Positions 42,674-51,028 of a DNA stretch of 64,000 nucleotides are shown here, piece by piece. Made by a program: the position numbers and the translations under genes. The DNA is from Planctomycetota bacterium (GTDB lineage Bacteria; Planctomycetota; SZUA-567; H5-PLA8). The stretch lies in the NCBI GenBank assembly GCA_038227875.1, contig JBBRPR010000008.1, positions 1 through 64,000 on the forward strand. Direction: 5' to 3'. The notes beneath the pieces were generated by a model, which ran no database searches, had not been told where the DNA came from, and saw nothing but the letters and a program-made list of their open reading frames with translations. Position 1 is the first letter of the stretch. The number at the start of each line of letters is the position of its first letter.

Positions 42674-43750
42674 ATGGAGCTAAAAAACGATCCTCAGGCC
42701 TTTTACAAGGCCATCCAAGGTTCGCTGCGCGGATTGGCGGGCAGGAATTTGCCCCCGCTGCTGAAACGCTGGCGGAACACGCGCAGCCACGACGTGGCCA
42801 TGCCGAAAGTCAACGCGGACAAATTGCGCTTTCTCGGGCGACTGGGGCTGCTGGATTCCGGCAGCGAAGAGCCGGAGCTCAACCGTGCGTACGCGGAATT
42901 ACTGGAACGCGTGTCGCGGGTTAGCGGCGATGCTCCGGGGATTGCTGACGGCTGGATCGAACTGTTCGCCAATGGTGAATACGGCGTGCTGGACGCCGGC
43001 GTCTGCGGCGTGGAGCCGCAGTGCGGAAAGTGTCCGCTCAGCAGTGGCTGCCGCTACCTTGCCTCGGGTGCGACCGACGCACGGTCTTTTGGTCAGGACC
43101 TGGCGGTCGAACTGCTGAGCGCGGCCGGATCGCAGCCTGCGGATTTGCGATCGGCGGACATGCTGGCGTTCGCGCTTTCCGGCGAACGCGCGGGCGGGGC
43201 GGACATGGCGCGCGCTGAAGCGGCGCTGAAAGCATCGGGCGGCTTGCGTGGGTTGTTTTCGATGAGCGGCGAGGAGTTGCGCAAGCTGGGCTTCGCTGAT
43301 CCGGCCATCGCGCGGCTGCAGGCGATCGCGGAGCTCTGCCGACATTGGGCGGAAGAGATCAAGACGCGCGGGAAAGTGTTCAGACAGGGCAAGGATTTCT
43401 ACGACCATTTCCACCTGCGGCTGCGGGATATGAAGAAGGAAGTGTTCATTGTAGTGATGATCGACCAGAAAAATCGCCTCATTAAAGAGGAGACCGTGAG
43501 CGAAGGCAGCCTGACGGAGACGCTGGTCCATCCGCGCGAAGTGTTTACCAACGCGGTGCGCGAACGGGCGGCGGCGATCGCGGTCGTGCACAACCATCCG
43601 TCGGGGGATCCGGCGCCCAGCACGCAAGACAAGAACATCACGCGCCGCTTGAAATCCGCGGCGACGCTGCTGGGCATCCGTCTGCTGGACCATGTTATCG
43701 TCGGTGACGGGAAATATTTCAGCTTTGTCGAAGAAGACATCATGGAGTAG
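42674..43750 (+). CDS. radC: RadC/JAB-domain protein with N-terminal Cys4 extension
   Basis: KEVF, GSL.ETLVHPREVF, HNHPSGDP.PS.QD, LLDHVIVG. Confidence 0.9.
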   Translation: MELKNDPQAFYKAIQGSLRGLAGRNLPPLLKRWRNTRSHDVAMPKVNADKLRFLGRLGLLDSGSEEPELNRAYAELLERVSRVSGDAPGIADGWIELFANGEYGVLDAGVCGVEPQCGKCPLSSGCRYLASGATDARSFGQDLAVELLSAAGSQPADLRSADMLAFALSGERAGGADMARAEAALKASGGLRGLFSMSGEELRKLGFADPAIARLQAIAELCRHWAEEIKTRGKVFRQGKDFYDHFHLRLRDMKKEVFIVVMIDQKNRLIKEETVSEGSLTETLVHPREVFTNAVRERAAAIAVVHNHPSGDPAPSTQDKNITRRLKSAATLLGIRLLDHVIVGDGKYFSFVEEDIME

Positions 43751-43763
43751 CAAACAGCACGCT

Positions 43764-44486
43764 ATGGTGAGCGCCAACGACAGAGTGACGGAACTGGACA
43801 GGGCCGAATTGGCCGAACCCGATCCGCAGCGGCCGGACCGCCGTTGGTTTGTCTGGTTCCTGAGCGCATTGGCCTTGAATGTGATGGGTATTTTCTGGCT
43901 GGCGGTGCGCGCAGACAGCCCGGAGTCGCTCCGCAACGTGCTGGACGTGCTGATGCAGAGCGCCATCGGTATTGCGGTGGCGGTGGTCGCGTTTCGCGCA
44001 CTGACGTATTTTCCGTACCGCACCAGCGACTTGATGATCATGGTGCTGGTATTGTCCCTGGCGATGAAGCTCACGCTGAGCGTGCTGCAACGCTTCGCGG
44101 CGATCGGCCTGCTGCATCATGGCTTCGCGTCAGGCGACCATCTCGGCGAATTGGTTCAGACCTGCATGATCACTGGCAGCATTCTGATCGGCGGTGGTGC
44201 GTTTGCGCTGCGCACCTGTCAGAAACTAGAGATCCAGCGCCCGCTCCCGCGCGCGGTCGCGCTGGTTGCGGGAATGCTGTCACTCCCTGCCGCGGCGGGG
44301 ACGCTGGTGTTTGGCTTGCTGATTTTCGTGGAAGTCATCAGAGCCAAGCCGGATTACTCGTACACGCCCATGTTCGCGGCGCTGTGGCTGGGCTCAATCG
44401 GGCTGTCGCTGGTGAACGTAACGAATATGGGGCGGATGCTGATGTTGCGGGCGGTGGTTTCGGCGAAGGATCATTTGGCCAGGTAG
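43764..44486 (+). CDS. Hypothetical integral membrane protein
   Basis: About six hydrophobic helices. Confidence 0.7.
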   Translation: MVSANDRVTELDRAELAEPDPQRPDRRWFVWFLSALALNVMGIFWLAVRADSPESLRNVLDVLMQSAIGIAVAVVAFRALTYFPYRTSDLMIMVLVLSLAMKLTLSVLQRFAAIGLLHHGFASGDHLGELVQTCMITGSILIGGGAFALRTCQKLEIQRPLPRAVALVAGMLSLPAAAGTLVFGLLIFVEVIRAKPDYSYTPMFAALWLGSIGLSLVNVTNMGRMLMLRAVVSAKDHLAR

Positions 44487-44507
44487 AGCGACGCAGGCGG
44501 GTGTGCG

Positions 44508-45674
44508 CTAACCCATAATTGCGGTAAGGTGCCAGGAAACAGTGTGCGCTTCGGTGGGGTCGGGAATTTCCAGTTTGTCGATGAGGCGCTCAATTACGCC
44601 GCTCGGGACTTTTGTCGGGCGTTGAGTATTGCGGCGGAGTAATTCCTGATAGGGCGTTTCGAGATAGACGATGCGAATGCGCGCCTTGTAGCCAGCGACC
44701 AGGCGAATGAGTTGGCTGCGCATCTGGCGGGAAATGTTAGTGGCGTTCCAGACGAACGACCGCGCGGCGCGTGCGTGTTCGCGGGCCAATTCTTTCGCGC
44801 GAGCGACGACGGGTCCCTGTTCGTCTTCGGGCCTTATGTTCATCTCGGTGCGAAGTAGATCGAGCGAGATTAATTCGAAGCCGGGTAGATTTTCGCGAAT
44901 CCAGTGGTCCTTGCCGGCGGCGGGCAGGCCGGAGATCAGCACGACGTCGAATTTGCAGTCGTCGTACGCGGCGTACTCCGGCGACGCGTCTTCTTTTTGA
45001 AAATAGACGAAGCGGCTGTGATCCGACGCAAACGTTCGGGGTGCGGTGAGGCATCGGTTCTCCGCGCAGAAATCTTCGAAGAGCGCGATGCGTTCCAGTA
45101 GTTCATTTTTGTCCACGCATTCGCGACCGAGGACGTCGGCTTTCGCGACGAGCGCCAGCCATTGGCACGACACGGTTTGACTCGCTTCAATCACGGCGCG
45201 CTGCGGCGATGTTTTCTCCATGAAAAGCAGGGGCAGACCGTGGTGCCGCACCGTGGCGCAGATGGCTTCACGGACGGACAGCGGCGCCATGTCTTCTCGA
45301 TACATCAGTCCTCGGACTATTTGGGTGCCGTGGCGCGCGTGGCCTTTGGAGGTGATTGTGCCGTCGTCTTGCGTTTGCGTGCAGTGCGGCTTGCCGATGT
45401 CATGAAAGAGCGCCGCCGCCAGAACGATCGAGCGTTCAACGGGCGGGAGCGTGCGCCAATCCTCCAATGATGTGAGCGCTGTGCAAACCATTTGGGTGTG
45501 GATGTGAACGTCGCCTTCCGCGTGCCAGCGCGGGTCTTGAGGGCAGTCTCGCAACGCGGAGATGCATTCCAACTGACTGTCAATGCAGTCCCAGTCCAGA
45601 ATTCCCGATTCGGGCTTCGCGAGCAAGAATGGGACAGTCCATTGGGCTTGAGCGGCTTGGCGATAGAGGCTCAT
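44508..45674 (-). CDS. HD-domain phosphoesterase fused to P-loop polynucleotide kinase (HD-Pnk-like)
   Basis: WHAEGDVHIHT, LFHDIGK, GHA, RHH, KAD; GLPAAGKD, WNATN, RRN..R. Confidence 0.85.
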   Translation of the reverse strand: MSLYRQAAQAQWTVPFLLAKPESGILDWDCIDSQLECISALRDCPQDPRWHAEGDVHIHTQMVCTALTSLEDWRTLPPVERSIVLAAALFHDIGKPHCTQTQDDGTITSKGHARHGTQIVRGLMYREDMAPLSVREAICATVRHHGLPLLFMEKTSPQRAVIEASQTVSCQWLALVAKADVLGRECVDKNELLERIALFEDFCAENRCLTAPRTFASDHSRFVYFQKEDASPEYAAYDDCKFDVVLISGLPAAGKDHWIRENLPGFELISLDLLRTEMNIRPEDEQGPVVARAKELAREHARAARSFVWNATNISRQMRSQLIRLVAGYKARIRIVYLETPYQELLRRNTQRPTKVPSGVIERLIDKLEIPDPTEAHTVSWHLTAIMG

Positions 45675-46477
45675 GAGAAACCGCCTTCACTTTCAAAAAT
45701 TTTGACGTCTGACCGCAATCGATTCGGAATGATCGGGCGATTGAGCCAGTGGCCTTCGGCATTGAGCACCGCTGTCAGAAATCCGCGCCGGATAAATTTG
45801 TAGCGATCTTGCACGATACCGTCCTCTTCGATCTTTACGTACAGTCCTTCCATGGTGGTGCTGGGATCTGTTTCGCGTAACGCGCGATCCACGTCTAGTG
45901 CTCGTTCGGTACAATCGCTGCGCAGTTGCTCCAGATGTGAGTCCGAAATGAAGGCGGAATGTCCCAGCAGAGCGGTAATCGCCTCTAACGATTTGATTTT
46001 CCCTGACGACAGTACGTGGACTGACGCGATCGGCAGGCCGGTGAGCAGTTGCTGACGGCGCGGAGTGCTCAGGAACGTTTCGTTTTCGACGTCCAGGATG
46101 TCGAACTCCATGAAGTAGTGTGTCAACTGGTCGTAGAAGACCGTGTGCTTGGCGTATAGCCATTCGCCGTACATGACGTGTTTGCTGCCGAGGCGATCGA
46201 ATAGCGCATCGCGATGAATCTGCGCCCACTGCTTGAAGAGCGTGAAGTGCTTCTCGCGTGCGCCACCCGTCAGAAAATGTCCGCGGCTTTGCAGTAGCAA
46301 TTCGCCGCCGGCACCGAAACTGACGGCGGAGTTTGCTCCGTCGACCTTTTCTTCGACAACGAGGTGGCGGCCGGCCAGTTCTGCAAACGGAACGCTCTCC
46401 ATGTCCTCATCGCCGGGCTGCTGGCGCGAACCGCGGAGATGCCGTGTGCGGGGGTATTTGTAGAGTCGTTGATTCAT
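45671..46477 (-). CDS. ATP-dependent RNA ligase family protein
   Basis: KYPRT.HL, motif I EEKVDGAN, QSR, III YGEW, IIIa FMEFDI, IV EGLYVK, V RYKF. Confidence 0.88.
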   Translation of the reverse strand: MNQRLYKYPRTRHLRGSRQQPGDEDMESVPFAELAGRHLVVEEKVDGANSAVSFGAGGELLLQSRGHFLTGGAREKHFTLFKQWAQIHRDALFDRLGSKHVMYGEWLYAKHTVFYDQLTHYFMEFDILDVENETFLSTPRRQQLLTGLPIASVHVLSSGKIKSLEAITALLGHSAFISDSHLEQLRSDCTERALDVDRALRETDPSTTMEGLYVKIEEDGIVQDRYKFIRRGFLTAVLNAEGHWLNRPIIPNRLRSDVKIFESEGGFS

Positions 46478-47157
46478 GACGTCACCCGGGCGACAGCGAT
46501 CAGATGGTTGAGTACATGGTCAAACGTGATCGACGATGCACCTGCGTCCTTGAACAATATTTCCAGCGTTTCCTGATTGAACAAATGAATGTGTTCTGGA
46601 TTGTTGTCCTCTTTTGAGGGCACGGAAACAATCACAAAGCGGCTGGCGACACGCATGGCCTCGCGGAGCGCGGCCTGGGCATCGGCGATATGCTCCAGAA
46701 CTTCCAGAAACGTGACGACGTCGAAGGCGCGGTCGGCGAAGGTCATGAGCGTTGCATCCATGACCTGCGCCGAGAGCCGTTCGATGCCACCGTCGCGAAT
46801 GGCCAGCAGATCATCGACTCGCCGCTCTTGCTGGTCGATGCAGGTGACGGGTAACTCCGGAAAGCAGTCCAGCAGAGGCCACAGAAACGCGCCGCGTCCG
46901 CTGCCGATGTCCAGCAGGTCCGATGGCGCGATGCCTTTCAACGCGCCGAGCACTCGATTGACGCGCCTCAGTCCCATCGTTCGCTTGAATTTGTGGAGAC
47001 GCAGGTCGGCCTGACGGCCGAGAGTCAGGATCTCCTCCAATTCCAGCGCGGTGAGGTCGTTCAACGGTTTGGCGCGGTAGTCATTGGGCAGAACGACGGC
47101 AGTCTTGCCGCGGATGAATGCGACGGCAATGCGCGTGAAGTAGTTGTCGCTATCCAT
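46474..47157 (-). CDS. Class I SAM-dependent methyltransferase
   Basis: LLDIGSGRG, CID, MDAT, FDVVTFLEVLEHI, SVP...PEH. Confidence 0.9.
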   Translation of the reverse strand: MDSDNYFTRIAVAFIRGKTAVVLPNDYRAKPLNDLTALELEEILTLGRQADLRLHKFKRTMGLRRVNRVLGALKGIAPSDLLDIGSGRGAFLWPLLDCFPELPVTCIDQQERRVDDLLAIRDGGIERLSAQVMDATLMTFADRAFDVVTFLEVLEHIADAQAALREAMRVASRFVIVSVPSKEDNNPEHIHLFNQETLEILFKDAGASSITFDHVLNHLIAVARVTS

Positions 47158-47863
47158 GGCCCATCCCCCTGATCTCAGCGCCGTACTGCGCCTTGAGCGC
47201 TTGGATCTCTTTGGAATTCAACTGTCTCTTTCCCACGGCGTAGGCGTGGTCGCCGTAGTATTGAGCAAAAGTGGCGTACGTCTTGTGAATGCAGTAGCAC
47301 TTTAAAACCACGTCCCACACCAGGGCTCGATCGTTGGGCAGTGGTTTGAGCTGAACCTCGAACCAGATGCCGTTCAATTTTCGATACTGCGTCAGCGCAT
47401 CGACGGTGAGGTATTCCTTGGGCGCCGCGACTTTGCGGCGCCTGTAATTGGGATTCTCGCGCAGCATTCGAGTTTCGGGATCCACATAGAATCGCTGCCA
47501 GATTCGCCGTCCGCTTTGATCCAGATAGATTCCTTCGCGTTCGAAGACGTTGATGCAGACGTACTGGATGACGTGTTGCCAGATGTGTAGCTGCACGACC
47601 GAGTTCAAATTGATGCGCTCGCGGATTTCGGAGTTCACATCGTCCCAGTGCCGGCCCAGGTTGGAGCGAAGAAAGCGGCGCAGGGGCGCGAGGTTTTCGT
47701 TCAGCCATTTTGGATTGCGGCTCCAATGCCGTTGCATGCCCTCCTTCGTGGGCCATTCGTCCATGGGCATACGTTGCAACGCGCGTAAACTTCCCTTGGG
47801 TGTTTTGTATCCGCCGCCGCCGCGCGGCCGTTCCACGATGATTTTGGCCATGTCTTTACGCAT
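47150..47863 (-). CDS. Basic Arg/Trp-rich hypothetical protein
   Basis: AAGGA RBS; 8-nt overlap with the methyltransferase; no recognisable catalytic motif. Confidence 0.8.
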   Translation of the reverse strand: MRKDMAKIIVERPRGGGGYKTPKGSLRALQRMPMDEWPTKEGMQRHWSRNPKWLNENLAPLRRFLRSNLGRHWDDVNSEIRERINLNSVVQLHIWQHVIQYVCINVFEREGIYLDQSGRRIWQRFYVDPETRMLRENPNYRRRKVAAPKEYLTVDALTQYRKLNGIWFEVQLKPLPNDRALVWDVVLKCYCIHKTYATFAQYYGDHAYAVGKRQLNSKEIQALKAQYGAEIRGMGHG

Positions 47864-48294
47864 GGATTTTCCTTACGAAGGCATAATTTCTCCCCGTCAA
47901 AAACGCGCAACGCGTTTTGAATGTGTGACGTCGGCTCATGCGTGGAGCGGCGCGAGAACGCGCGCTCAAACGATAGAGCACATCATCGGAATTGAATTGG
48001 GCAGGGGGCTCGGACGGAACAGATTTGGAGGCGTGTCAATGAAGACACTTGGGCATAGCGTAAGACAACGTTTACTTCGCGATGCTGGATCCCAATCTCG
48101 TCGGGGCACCTATAGTCGTTGGTCGCGTCATGGACTGATCCTTTCAGGCGGCGGCGGTCAGAGCCGAAGCCAGTGGGACAATTAACCCTGCGGATTGTGG
48201 AGTGTCAAGAGTTCAGAGAACAAAACTCGCCGCAGGATCGCGGCGAGGTTTTGTTCGGTTCAACTTTCAACTTTCTCGACTCAACTCACCGCCG

Positions 48295-48957
48295 TTACGG
48301 CAGTTCCTCGCCGGGCGAGATTTTTTTCTTTCTCGCTTCGATCATTTCGCGGGCGGTTTTGTATTGGGGGACGGGTTCGGCGGGGTTTTCTTTCTTGATC
48401 ACCCGGACGCAGTAGGCCGGCCACTGGAAACCATCAACACGGAGGTTCTCTTCCATGTGGTCGATGGCGTAATCGCCGCGCGCCAGGCGCGCCTTGAGTT
48501 CATCGATGGCGAAGATGCGTTTGCCGGGGCCGGTGAGCTTGTCGCGGAGCGCGGAGAAGAAACCGTGGCTTGCGGGTTCGAAGAGCACCAGTTTACCGTC
48601 GGGAACCAGCACGCGGTGGAATTCGGCGAGCACGGTCCACGGCGGACGAATTGAAAAAAGTGCTTCGAACGACAGTACGGCATCGAAGCTGTGTCTGATA
48701 AAGGGCAGTCGCGTTGCTCTTCCTGCGACAATTTGTATCGAATTGGACACTCCCGATTTTCCGGCTTGCGTCAGCCGTTCAGGCGACGAATCGAGCATGG
48801 TCACGGGGTGTCCGGCGATCAACGGCAGCACGCGTTTGATGCATTCGGCGCCGTGCGGGCCGGGCGTAATCAGCAGGATGCGCTCGCTGCCTTGCAGTCG
48901 GGCGACCCGCATTGCAACGTCGACTACAGTTTCTGCCATCAACACTCCGTCCGACAC
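48295..48957 (-). CDS. Methyltransferase type 11-like protein
   Basis: MLDSS, ATRLPF..SFDAV, LAEFHRVLVPDGKLV; atypical motif I. Confidence 0.75.
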   Translation of the reverse strand: MSDGVLMAETVVDVAMRVARLQGSERILLITPGPHGAECIKRVLPLIAGHPVTMLDSSPERLTQAGKSGVSNSIQIVAGRATRLPFIRHSFDAVLSFEALFSIRPPWTVLAEFHRVLVPDGKLVLFEPASHGFFSALRDKLTGPGKRIFAIDELKARLARGDYAIDHMEENLRVDGFQWPAYCVRVIKKENPAEPVPQYKTAREMIEARKKKISPGEELP

Positions 48958-49098
48958 GCGAAAGCTCCTTTCTGAACGGTTGAAGGATAGCCAAAGGACC
49001 CCACAGCGCCAGAGCGTTCATCACGACATGCGATTTAAATGCCAAAAATTCACGTGTCGGCTAACATTATCAGCGTTTGAACCGGCAAGGAGTGCTGT

Positions 49099-50559
49099 GT
49101 GCTCAGAAAAGTGCTGATTGTCGTCGCGATTCTCACCACGATTGCGTTCGTCGTGACGCGCTTGCGCATGCGCAGTCAAGCGGCTGTAGTTGCCGATGCG
49201 GGAGATGGCGAGCAACTCGCGGTGCCGAAACCGAAACCGGCCGTGCCGCGGACTTCCGGACCGAAGCCGCCGAACGTGGTGTTGATCGTGATCGACACGC
49301 TGCGGCGCGATCATCTCGGTTGTTACGGGTATTCGAAGCCAACGACGCCGCAGATCGACAAGCTCGCGGCTCAAGGCGTGCGCGCCGAGGAAATGATCGC
49401 CAGTTGCAGCTGGACGATTCCCAGCCTGATGAGCATCTTCACGAGTCTGCCGCCGTCGCTGCATCAGGCGACGTTTCGCACGCGCTTCGGAGCGGGGATT
49501 ACGACTCTGGCGGACGAACTGCACGGGCAGGGCTTTCAGACTGTGGGATATGCGTCGAATCCGTTCGCGAAAACGGCGAACGGATTTTCGCTCGGTTTTG
49601 ACGAGTACACGGAGTTCGACGGACTGATGGCTGAGATGCATGGCGAACGCAAGCCGCCGCCGATCTGGGAAGTGCGGTCAAGCGCGACGGTGACGCGGCT
49701 GGCGTCGAAGTGGCTCGACGGACGCAACGCGGCGCAGCCGTTTTTTCTGTTCGCGCTCTATTTTGATCCACATGCCGACTATGTCCCGGTTCCTCCAAAC
49801 GACACCTTGTTCGATCCGGATTACACGGGAACGGTGAAAGGGAATCTGCTCTCGATGCCCGATCCGAAGCTCAACGCGCGTGATCGGGCGCATGTGGAGG
49901 CATTGTACGACGGCGAGATCCGCGACACGGACGGTTGCGTCGGCGAGTTGATCGCAAAGATCGACGCGCTGGGTCTGGCCAACGACACGATCGTGGTCGT
50001 GACGTCGGATCACGGAGAGGAATTTTGGAATCACGGTCAAACGTTGCACGGGCACACACTCTACGACGAACTGCTGCGCGTGCCATTTGTCGTGCGCTGG
50101 CCGGGGCATGTGGAAGCGGGGAAAGCGTTGAGCGGACAGATCAGCAGCATGAGCATTATGCCGACGGTGATTGAGGCGGTGGGCGGGCGAATTCCCGTGC
50201 AATGCCAGAGTCCCAGCGTGTGGAATTTCCTGACCGGCAAAGCGCCACTGGAAGCGCGGCCGGTGTGTGCGGAGACCGACTATCAAGGGATCAACCTGCG
50301 CATGATCCGCACGCCGACGCAGAAGATCGTCTACGACGTGGAGAAGGGGACGAAGTCGATTTTCGATCTGGTGCAGGATCCTAAAGAGCAAACGAATCTT
50401 GCCGATAAACCGCCGATATGGGTAGCGGAGTTGAACGGAGAGTTCGACGTGTGGGCCAAGTCGGTCAACTCGATCCGGAGCACGATGGCGCCGGCGCGGG
50501 ATGCGGAGCTGGACGCCAAGACGCTGGAGCAGCTCAAACAGCTGGGATATGGGCAGTGA
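49099..50559 (+). CDS. Sulfatase / alkaline phosphatase superfamily protein
   Basis: PNVVLIVIDTLRRDH, WTIPS..S..T, DPH..Y, YDGEI, TSDHGEE, HG..LY. Confidence 0.9.
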   Translation: MLRKVLIVVAILTTIAFVVTRLRMRSQAAVVADAGDGEQLAVPKPKPAVPRTSGPKPPNVVLIVIDTLRRDHLGCYGYSKPTTPQIDKLAAQGVRAEEMIASCSWTIPSLMSIFTSLPPSLHQATFRTRFGAGITTLADELHGQGFQTVGYASNPFAKTANGFSLGFDEYTEFDGLMAEMHGERKPPPIWEVRSSATVTRLASKWLDGRNAAQPFFLFALYFDPHADYVPVPPNDTLFDPDYTGTVKGNLLSMPDPKLNARDRAHVEALYDGEIRDTDGCVGELIAKIDALGLANDTIVVVTSDHGEEFWNHGQTLHGHTLYDELLRVPFVVRWPGHVEAGKALSGQISSMSIMPTVIEAVGGRIPVQCQSPSVWNFLTGKAPLEARPVCAETDYQGINLRMIRTPTQKIVYDVEKGTKSIFDLVQDPKEQTNLADKPPIWVAELNGEFDVWAKSVNSIRSTMAPARDAELDAKTLEQLKQLGYGQ

Positions 50560-50564
50560 CGGGC

Positions 50565-50770
50565 GTGGAAAAACATTCAACATTCTAAATTAAGAAACGC
50601 ACGCGTTGGGAATCGATTTTTGAACTGACCGGACTGATTCCAGCCGGGCAATGGTCGAATGTTCAAAAGTCAGCATGGGGACCATGGTCCCCATGCTGAC
50701 TTCAATTCTGGCCGCAGAACGCCGCTCTAACGCGTGCGTTTTGAATTTTTAATTGTGAATTATTTTCACG
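50565..50770. repeat. Nested inverted-repeat element with a perfect 36-bp palindrome
   Basis: 50667-50702 perfect palindrome; outer imperfect ~43-bp IRs containing AAACGCACGCGTT/AACGCGTGCGTTT. Confidence 0.8.
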
Positions 50771-50850
50771 CGTGATTGAAAATCCATCACGATAACGTGT
50801 GTGGATTCGCTACACAATAGTCTTCTTTTAGAGGCATCGCCCGGTGCTGC

Positions 50851-50885
50851 GAAACTCAAAACACAAAACAGAAAACTCAAAACTG
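50851..50885 (+). repeat. Heptamer tandem repeat (AAAACTC)-like
   Basis: gaaactc aaaacac aaaacag aaaactc aaaactg. Confidence 0.7.
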
Positions 50886-51028
50886 TCTCCGTGTTGGATT
50901 TTACAACAGTATCATTAACGGTCGCAATCGTGCGATTGGCCGAAAATACAAAAAATGTTTATTCCAGCTATGGGATGGAGTTGCAAAAGCGTGTACACTA
51001 ATTGATCGATCTGGAGGCATCCCCACGC

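Noticed and set aside
48072..48131. 19-codon minus-strand ORF with AAGGA RBS upstream of the RNA-ligase operon
   Set aside because: Too short, with no attenuator or conservation evidence.
48295..48957. Second methyltransferase as part of the RNA repair operon
   Set aside because: Separated by about 430 bp with no translational coupling; link unsupported.
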